DNA of 64,000 nt from Pseudomonadota bacterium (GTDB taxonomy: Bacteria > Pseudomonadota > Alphaproteobacteria > Rhodobacterales > Rhodobacteraceae): the NCBI GenBank assembly GCA_039178805.1, contig JBCDFC010000001.1, positions 534 to 64,533 of the forward strand, written 5' to 3'. The notes below the pieces were generated by a model. The model saw nothing but the letters and a program-made list of their open reading frames with translations. It was not told the origin of the DNA and made no database searches. The stretch's first letter is position 1. Every line of letters starts with the position of its first letter. Shown here piece by piece: positions 56,870 to 64,000 of this stretch. Position numbers and translations under genes: made by a program.

Positions 56870-57522
56870 TGCGGCTCTTGCTGATCGAGGATGACGAGGA
56901 TCTGCGTTCCGAAATCGTCAAGGGCCTGACCGCTGCCCGTTTCGTCGTAGACGAAGCTGCCGATGGTGAAACGGGCCTGCACCTCGCCGAGACGGGCGAC
57001 TATGCCGCCCTCGTGCTCGATCTCGGCCTACCGGTTTTAGATGGTCTCTCGGTCCTCACCGCGCTCCGCGAAGGAGGCTCGACTGCGCCAATCCTCGTTC
57101 TCACCGCTAGAGATCGCTGGCGGGATCGCGTGAAGGGGCTGCGGGCTGGGGCAGACGACTATCTCGGAAAGCCGTTCGAGGCCGAGGAACTCCACGCGAG
57201 GCTCGAAGCGCTGATCCGCCGGTCGGGGCGCCAAGCCGACCCGTGCCTTCGTCTTGGCGACCTTGAGATCGATCTCTCGGCGCGGGCGGTTTCGCGCGGC
57301 GGTGTGCCGGTCGCTCTCACGCCGAACGAGTACCGCCTGCTTGCCTTCCTCGCGCTGCACAGGGGGAAAGTCGTCTCGAAGACGGAGCTCGGCGAGCACG
57401 TCTACGCGGAGGATGTCGACCGCGATCCAAATGTGATCGAAGTGACCATGGCGCGTCTCCGCAAGAAGATCGGATCATCAGTCATCGAAACGATCCGGGG
57501 CCATGGCTACCTCGTCGCGTGA
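56869..57522 (+). CDS. OmpR-family response regulator (QseB/FeuP/BqsR-like)
   Basis: LIEDD, VLDLGLP (phospho-Asp), GADDYLGKPF and ETIRGHGY. Confidence 0.94.
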   Translation: MRLLLIEDDEDLRSEIVKGLTAARFVVDEAADGETGLHLAETGDYAALVLDLGLPVLDGLSVLTALREGGSTAPILVLTARDRWRDRVKGLRAGADDYLGKPFEAEELHARLEALIRRSGRQADPCLRLGDLEIDLSARAVSRGGVPVALTPNEYRLLAFLALHRGKVVSKTELGEHVYAEDVDRDPNVIEVTMARLRKKIGSSVIETIRGHGYLVA

Positions 57523-58852
57523 GCGCCCGATCTCGCTCCTGGGACGGCTCCTCATCGCTGCCGCTGTCTGGTGCAGTTGTGCGGTCACCCTTGCAGCAAT
57601 CGTCCTGGTCGGGCTCTTCAGTCGTCATCTGGAGCGTGAGGCCGACGCGGAGCTGCGCGACCACGTCGTCGAGCTCGTCTCACTCGCAAGGGTCGAGCGC
57701 GATGGGGCGCTGAGACTTGCCGGCCGGCTGCCGGGCGCGCGCTATCAACGGCCCTTCTCGGGCTGGGGTTGGCAGATCCGCCGCGGCTCCCAAGTCTTAG
57801 CGCAATCGCCGTCGCTCGGCCCGCTCGCGCCGCAGACACCGCTGCTTGCGGCGCCTTTGGGTGAGGTCGGTCTCTTCGAAGGATCGGGTGGGCGCGTGTT
57901 GCGGGGTCTTTCGCGATCCGTCGCCCCGCCATTGAGCGCGGAGCGACTGACCTTCTCCGTCGTTCGACCACAGGACGATATCGACCTCGCGGTCGGGCAA
58001 TATCGCCAATCCGTCATCATTGCGCTTGGCGTGCTTGGTGTCGGACTTGTCGCAACAGTGCTGGCCGCGTTCTGGATCGGACTGCGACCGCTCCGCGCCC
58101 TCAGTCTGCAGATTGCCGAGATGCGCGCGGGCGCAGACCCGGTTGCGCGCGCCTGGCCGCGGGAGATCGCGCCGATTGCCGACGAGTTGGAGGCGCTGCG
58201 CCAGCACACCGAGAAGACAGTGCTGCGGGCCCGGAGCCTTGCGGCAGACCTAGCCCATGCGGTCAAGACACCGCTTTCCGTGATCAGACAACAGGTCGGC
58301 GCGCTGACGCCTGACCAGGGGCACGCCATTCGCCGTCAGACCGACCGGATCGCGATGTCGCTCGAGCGCCATTTGGGTCGACGCGGCGCCGGCTCCGTAC
58401 CGTACGCCCGCATCGCCGTTCGCCCCTGTGTCGAGGATTTGGTATTTGCTCTCTCTCATACAGGCACGGAGAAACCGATCGCCGTTGAGGTGGACGTACC
58501 CGAAGATGCCGTCTTCCTCGGCGACGAGGCGGATCTTTACGAGATCATCGGCAATCCGCTGAACAACGCCGGAACCTGGGCCAAAACGCAGGTGCGGATC
58601 GGCGCGCGCGTCGCAGAACAGCGTCTTGAGCTGCTGATCGAGGACGACGGGCCCGGTATCCCCGAGGTCGAGCGTTCCGCGATCCTCGAGCGCGGAACAC
58701 GTCTCGATGAGGCGACACCAGGCGATGGCCTCGGTCTCGCCATTCTGCACGATCTGGCCGATTTCTACGGTGGACATGTTGTACTCACCGAAAGCGCTGT
58801 CGGTGGCCTCGCCGTCAAGATCTCGTTGCCCGGCGATACCGGCGCCGCTTGA
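57503..58852 (+). CDS. Sensor histidine kinase
   Basis: Two TM helices, HAMP, LAHAVKTPL, EDDGPGI and GDGLGLAI. Confidence 0.93.
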   Translation: MATSSRERPISLLGRLLIAAAVWCSCAVTLAAIVLVGLFSRHLEREADAELRDHVVELVSLARVERDGALRLAGRLPGARYQRPFSGWGWQIRRGSQVLAQSPSLGPLAPQTPLLAAPLGEVGLFEGSGGRVLRGLSRSVAPPLSAERLTFSVVRPQDDIDLAVGQYRQSVIIALGVLGVGLVATVLAAFWIGLRPLRALSLQIAEMRAGADPVARAWPREIAPIADELEALRQHTEKTVLRARSLAADLAHAVKTPLSVIRQQVGALTPDQGHAIRRQTDRIAMSLERHLGRRGAGSVPYARIAVRPCVEDLVFALSHTGTEKPIAVEVDVPEDAVFLGDEADLYEIIGNPLNNAGTWAKTQVRIGARVAEQRLELLIEDDGPGIPEVERSAILERGTRLDEATPGDGLGLAILHDLADFYGGHVVLTESAVGGLAVKISLPGDTGAA

Positions 58853-59210
58853 TGCTTCTGGCCGCGCCCGTTCGATTTTCGGGTGAACCAACGCGAGCGC
58901 TGCGGCAGTGGCGAGCGAGAGGTCGAGGATCAGGTAGCGTCGCCCGATATTCTCGGGTGCGCAACCTTTGAGAAGCCTGAGATCTCGAAAGCTATTCGCT
59001 TGCGCGCTGAGAGTGCATCGCGTGAGATAGGGATGAGACCACGATAGACCAGACGGCGAAAGCGGTGGATGCGGAGGCGTAGACGGAGCTCGCGATGCAC
59101 TGCACCTTCCGCTGGCTCGCACACATGCTCTAAGCCCTGCAACGCGCTGGTCGATCTGCGGTTGTTACCAAAGAACGCTCAATACGCGTTCGATAGATCC
59201 GAGAGCGAAC

Positions 59211-60236
59211 ATGTACATCGTAAAAGGCATGAACAAATGGGCCGCTCTTCAGGACGCCCGCTATGCTTTATCGCTGTCATTCCTTTGGTCGGTCATGATT
59301 TTCTTTGCCCATGTGATCCTGGAATGGAAAGCGATCGCCCTTCCGCAGTTGCCGGTGACGACAATTGGGATCGTCGTATCGCTCTATCTCGGCTTTAAGA
59401 GCACCTCTGCCTATAGCCGCTGGTGGGAGGCGCGGAAGGTCTGGGGCAGTATCGTCAACGCTAGCCGGATCTGGGCCAACCAGGCCCTTGCCATGCCGGA
59501 TCAGCACGACAACAAGGACGCTTTGACCAAGGAGCTGGTGACGCGCCACATGGCATGGGTGCAAGCGCTCGCCTACCAACTCCGTGCGAAGTCGCGGCTA
59601 CCTGAGACCACGGCTCCCTTCATCTTCGGCTCACGCGTATCGGGGATCGAGAAGATCGTCCACAGTGGTGATGCTGCGTACTATCAGGGGCTGCTGTCGG
59701 AGAGCGACCGTAACGCTGTTGCTGGCGCGACAAACCCTGCGGTTCAGATCTTGCGGCTACAGGGTGATCATCTTCGACGGGTGCACGAGGCAGGTTTGCT
59801 CGACAGCTTCCGCTTCGTTGCGATGATGCAGACGATCAACGATTGCTACGACTACCAGGGCATGTGCGAGCGGATCAAGAACACGCCCTTTCCTCGTCAA
59901 TTCACTGTCTTGGGGCGTTATTTCGCCTGGATATTTATCTTTCTGCTTCCATTGGCATTTGTCCAACTATTTGAACAAGAGGTTCAAGTTTTAGCCCTGA
60001 ATGGCCTGGCACGATCGGAATACATGTTTGCTCTGGTGCCCTTTACAATGCTGGTCTCCTTGATCTTCTACTTGCTCGAGAAAGTGAGCGAGAGCTGTGA
60101 GGATCCGTTCGAATGGAGCCCGACCGATGTACCGGTCGCTGCTCTGAGCAGGGCCATCGAGATTGATCTGCGACAGATGCTTGGCGAGACTGATACACCC
60201 GAACCCCTTCAGCCGATTAGAGGGGCAATCTACTGA
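59211..60236 (+). CDS. Bestrophin-family anion channel
   Basis: AYSRWWEARKVWGSIVN, CERIKNTPFP and EDPFE. Confidence 0.9.
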   Translation: MYIVKGMNKWAALQDARYALSLSFLWSVMIFFAHVILEWKAIALPQLPVTTIGIVVSLYLGFKSTSAYSRWWEARKVWGSIVNASRIWANQALAMPDQHDNKDALTKELVTRHMAWVQALAYQLRAKSRLPETTAPFIFGSRVSGIEKIVHSGDAAYYQGLLSESDRNAVAGATNPAVQILRLQGDHLRRVHEAGLLDSFRFVAMMQTINDCYDYQGMCERIKNTPFPRQFTVLGRYFAWIFIFLLPLAFVQLFEQEVQVLALNGLARSEYMFALVPFTMLVSLIFYLLEKVSESCEDPFEWSPTDVPVAALSRAIEIDLRQMLGETDTPEPLQPIRGAIY

Positions 60237-60533
60237 TGCCTTCTCGCGAAATGAGGGCTGCGCGGATGCATCAGTTTCCGTTACCGGCCGCATGAACAGC
60301 CTCAATTGAAGTTGCAAGATAGTACGAATGGGGCTGCGCCGCCTTCGCCGTGAAGTCTAGACCTGGTTTCGCCAGACCGCGCTGCACTACGCAATTCTAT
60401 CGACGACTACGTAGTGTCCTGAGGGGCTGACCGTTCTTATGGTCGCGCCGGAAACTTCTACGCTCTCCGCAGCAATCGACCGTCCGTGACTTTTGCGCGG
60501 TCGTTTGTCCAAAGGTCACGAGGGAGAGCTCCG

Positions 60534-62648
60534 ATGGAAATCAGTGCGGGTTCGGGCCAGCAGTCCCAGGACGGAGATCTCGCCAATCCGGATGGGTCAC
60601 CCTTCGGATCGTCTCCGTCGAACAGGTTGGCCTTCGCGAACACCTCAAGTCCGGGTAGCGCCTTCGTCGGTCCCCTCCAAGAGCCTCCGGTCCAGCCGAG
60701 CTCAACGACGATCGATCCCGCCAGTTTCGTCGGGCCGCTTCAGAACCCGCCCTCGCCGTCACCGACTTCGACGGTCGATCCGGGCCTTCTGCCGACCTCC
60801 GAGCCGATCGAGATCGCGAACAATGTGCGGATCACGGGCGGTGAGGATCCGCTCTCAGGGATCTATGGCACCACGACCTTCTCGTGGGAGCATCTGCCCG
60901 GGCTCGGGGTCGAGCTTTATCAAGGTGTCGGCGGTCTGCCGGGCCTGACCGACCACATCCTGCGGGGCACGCTGAACCCCGAAAGCATCCCGTTCCCGAC
61001 CGGGTTCATCAGGGTGAAACTCAATGTGCTACAGGACTATTTGCGCGCGCTGTCGTCGGGTGGGCAGGCGCTCGGGACGAGCGCTCAGCTTAGCAGATTG
61101 TTCGATCGTGCGGTTGGCGGTGCCAATGTCGATACCGCCCGTACCCTACAGTTGATCGATCGGCTCATCGAGCTTGAGCAAGATGCCAGCCGACCGATCC
61201 AAGCCAACAACATCAGACCGCAATACTCAGTCGTCGTGACGATGAACTCTGAGGATCTCGTCGAATTTGCGGCCTTTGCGGCGCGGGGTGAGCTGCATCT
61301 CTGGCGGGCGGAGACGCTGGATTTCCGGCTCGCCTTCACACAGCCCTTGGCCAATGGCGGGCTGTTCTGGGCGAATGTGGCGTTCCCGTTGACGACGGGC
61401 GTTGGTGAGTTCTCGCCCAATGCTGGGATCCCGTTCCCACCGCCGCAAGATTTCGAGAATCCTAATGGAACGAACAATCTGCTCGATCCGCCGGCGCTGA
61501 CCCCGGTTTTCCGTGTTGGGTATGAGACGCCGAAACTGCGCGTCTTTGGGCGCGACATTCGGCTTGGCAGCGGCATTCGCTTCGACCTTGAGCCGCGGCC
61601 GGGCGATCCGACGCTGCAGCTAAACGATGGCACCGTCGTCGCGCTGCCGGAGGAATTCGGCCCGATCCTCGATGTGCTGGGTGAATTCACCGGTGCCGGC
61701 ACCGCAGAGGAGGCCGAGCATAACGGTGTTCCCACTCTGGAACCTGTTCTGACGCTCGATCAACTTGGATCCCGGATCCTGGCGCAGTTCTCGAACGGGG
61801 CTTTGACCAGTGTCGGACTGCCGGAACTGAACGAAGATCAGCTCGAAGACTTAGAGGGTTTCGTCGAGGCCACTGACAAGGCGCTGGAGGCCGTCAATTC
61901 TTCGATCAGGCCAGGCCCCCTCACGGACATCCTAACGACAATCTATGCACTAAAGCCCGGTCGGCTGACAGGGCTCGGACTACTGGTCGACTATATCCTG
62001 AACAACGTCACTGCATCCGATCCGCGGACGATTACTGCCGAGAAATCCGGGCACGCCTTGGATGTCGTGGGGTTGTTCACCGGACAGTCCGACGAAGATG
62101 TCTTCCTGAGCTTGAGAACCGAGAACGCGCGAGAGTTTCAGGACATCACCGCAGCGGCCTGGGACGCCCTGCAATCCGACGTTATCTCGCTCGAAGACTA
62201 TGTCGAGCTCGTTCTGACGGCGTTTGCGACGTATTCGGAGGGGAACGTCCTCGATCCAGCGGCGAGCTTTGACGACTATCTTTCCCAGCTCCAGACGGTA
62301 GAATTGGGCAGTATCGGCAATACCGCGACATTCGGCGGGCGTGCGTTTCGAGAGTCGCTGCAAGACCTGTTCATCGACAAAGGATTCGATCTTGCGGCGC
62401 TCCTGGTCGGGTATGGCGACAATCGCGGCCTGCTCGAACAAGACATTCGAAGCTTCACCGATGATGCCAACATCGGTGTGTTGGGTGTGGTCGAAGCGCT
62501 CTATCAGCTTGAGGCCGATCCAGCCCTTAGTGGAAACACGGCGCTCTATACCGAAGTCTTCGACGACATTCCGGTGGTGCGCTTTGCCCTAGATGTGCAC
62601 GAAGCGCTGTGGAATGCTGGTGTCCTGCCGCCAGGCGCTTTCGTCTAG
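60534..62648 (+). CDS. 5' part of a giant hypothetical protein (candidate T3SS substrate), ending at an in-frame TAG
   Basis: SD agggagag; S/P/Q-rich N-terminus; the frame stays open beyond the stop. Confidence 0.75.
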   Translation: MEISAGSGQQSQDGDLANPDGSPFGSSPSNRLAFANTSSPGSAFVGPLQEPPVQPSSTTIDPASFVGPLQNPPSPSPTSTVDPGLLPTSEPIEIANNVRITGGEDPLSGIYGTTTFSWEHLPGLGVELYQGVGGLPGLTDHILRGTLNPESIPFPTGFIRVKLNVLQDYLRALSSGGQALGTSAQLSRLFDRAVGGANVDTARTLQLIDRLIELEQDASRPIQANNIRPQYSVVVTMNSEDLVEFAAFAARGELHLWRAETLDFRLAFTQPLANGGLFWANVAFPLTTGVGEFSPNAGIPFPPPQDFENPNGTNNLLDPPALTPVFRVGYETPKLRVFGRDIRLGSGIRFDLEPRPGDPTLQLNDGTVVALPEEFGPILDVLGEFTGAGTAEEAEHNGVPTLEPVLTLDQLGSRILAQFSNGALTSVGLPELNEDQLEDLEGFVEATDKALEAVNSSIRPGPLTDILTTIYALKPGRLTGLGLLVDYILNNVTASDPRTITAEKSGHALDVVGLFTGQSDEDVFLSLRTENAREFQDITAAAWDALQSDVISLEDYVELVLTAFATYSEGNVLDPAASFDDYLSQLQTVELGSIGNTATFGGRAFRESLQDLFIDKGFDLAALLVGYGDNRGLLEQDIRSFTDDANIGVLGVVEALYQLEADPALSGNTALYTEVFDDIPVVRFALDVHEALWNAGVLPPGAFV
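60660..60785 (+). repeat. Two-copy 21-aa tandem repeat (FVGPLQ.PP..P...T.DP)
   Basis: AFVGPLQEPPVQPSSTTIDPA / SFVGPLQNPPSPSPTSTVDPG. Confidence 0.8.
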
Positions 62649-64000
62649 CATTTCGACCAGATCAACGGTTTGCTGGATCGCGCGAAGGGCGATCTTTCAC
62701 CAGCTGAGCTGCAGTCCCTGGTTGCCAGCCTAGCGAATGATTTCGAGATCGATTTCGGCCTGCGTGAGCTTGCGCAGGCGAACGAGGCTCGCCCGACGGC
62801 GCGGCGAAGTGTTCCGCCGGCCGAGTTCCTCTACAACTTCGAGAACATCGACCTTGCAACGGTCGCGGCCCGGTCCGAGCCGTTCCTGAGACGGATCGAC
62901 GAGGCGGTTTCGCGCGACCGAGAGACCGCCTTCCAGGCTTTCGAGCTGGTGCGAGACGGCTCTGGGAGCGTTGCCGTTATCGAGAACGTCACGAGCTACT
63001 ATCTCGATCAGGGCGGTGATCCCTTCGACCTCGTCCTGCAGGAAGACATTCTCTACAATAGCGGAGGCCGCCCCGGAGACGATCTCCTTCAGAAGCTCTT
63101 CGCCTTCACCTCGGATCCGCGTGCGGCCGTCGCCGAAAGCGTGATCTCGTTAATTGCGACGAACCGGACGTCGATTGGATCGGGCATCGCGGATTTCGAT
63201 CTGATCGGCCCGAGGGGCATCCTCAACGCCTACAACCGCGCAGAGGGCGGCGGGATCCCGAGCATTCTCCGGATCCTGACGCAGCAGTCGCAAGAGCTGG
63301 CTGCCGACGGACAGAGCCTTTGGCAAGATCGCGTCACGCTCGACAACGGCACCGTCATCCCCGCGGAGTTGCAGCGCCGGGTCGAGCGACTGGCCGTCAA
63401 CTTCGTCGCGCGCGGTGTGACGGTCAATTTCGGCGATCCGGTGCTGGCGGATCGGCTTGACGCTGTGCGGGGCCTCGTCTCTCTCGTGCCGCCGCGGGAT
63501 GTTGCCGACCAACGGGCGTGGTTCATCTCGCAGGCCTCGTCGCGACTTACTTCCGACGCTTCCCTCTCCCAGGAGGGTTTGGGTGAGCTCTACGGCCTAT
63601 GGCTCTCTCACCAGAGGAACGGTTTCCGTGAGAACCCGGCTCTGGAGGGTGCGCTCAGTGGCGGTGAGTTCTCCATCTCGCGCCGTGAGCCCCCGGTTCT
63701 GACGGCTTCGGGCGGCAATGTCGGTGCTTTCTCCGATGCTGGCGCCACCGAAAGCGGCGAGGGTCAATCCACGCTCGATGACGATCCAGCTTTGGCGGCG
63801 ACCTTCCGCATTGTCGAAGCGGGCGGTGCGGTCGCCAGTTTCGAGCAAGCCTATGCCGATGCGATCGCGGCCGGCCAAGACCAGGACGAAGCGCTCCAAA
63901 CGGCCGCAGCGGCCTCGACGGGACCCATCGACGCTCTCCTGCTCGCGGAACTGCAGGTCGATGTCGCGGGCTTTGCCGAAGGCCTCGATCAGGCGCGCGT
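62649..64000 (+). pseudogene. In-frame continuation of the 60534 ORF past the TAG (about 450 codons, runs off the window)
   Basis: Hand translation HFDQINGLLDRAKGDLSPAELQ...GFAEGLDQAR has no stop and no in-frame ATG. Confidence 0.7.

Noticed and set aside
56869-57522. TtsI orthologue
   Set aside because: It keeps the phospho-acceptor Asp and has a cognate kinase, whereas TtsI has Glu and is an orphan.
62646-62648. Pyrrolysine or genome-wide TAG recoding
   Set aside because: TAG ends normal genes elsewhere in the window (e.g. 19682, 32219, 47891), and no pyl genes are seen.
1-64000. tRNA, rRNA, IS, integrase or prophage
   Set aside because: No recognisable signatures by eye; tRNAscan, Rfam and ISEScan runs would be needed to exclude them fully.

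Overview
GC-rich window from what looks like a Rhodobacterales-type alphaproteobacterium (inferred from gene content and an alphaproteobacterial REP-like palindrome). Six blocks are present. (1) 0.1-5.7 kb: an exopolysaccharide cluster with a pyruvyl transferase, three glycosyltransferases and an ExoY-like priming sugar transferase. (2) 6.2-19.7 kb: a xanthomonadin/arcuflavin-type aryl-polyene type II PKS cluster with a flavin-dependent halogenase but no recognisable chorismatase. (3) 19.7-24.7 kb: a TRAP transporter and an OafA-type acyltransferase. (4) 25-33 kb: an oversized GltB followed directly by a CysJ-like diflavin reductase instead of gltD, then a divergent HemS-like gene. (5) 33.8-52 kb: a NarL/LuxR regulator and a non-flagellar, Rhc-like (split-secretin) type III secretion system. 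Its SctU lacks the NPTH autocleavage motif, no translocon, ruler or gatekeeper is recognisable, and it is flanked by very acidic orphan proteins. (6) 52.5-64 kb: a G8/beta-helix/poly-Asp exoprotein facing a PepSY-RTX/response regulator/kinase operon across a perfect 39-bp palindrome, a bestrophin, and a giant candidate effector ORF interrupted by one in-frame TAG. No rRNA, tRNA, CRISPR array or transposase was seen. All calls come from motif recognition by eye, without database searches. The best candidates for undescribed systems are the GltB-diflavin reductase pair and the apparently switch-less T3SS with its acidic, possibly Ca2+-linked neighbourhood.
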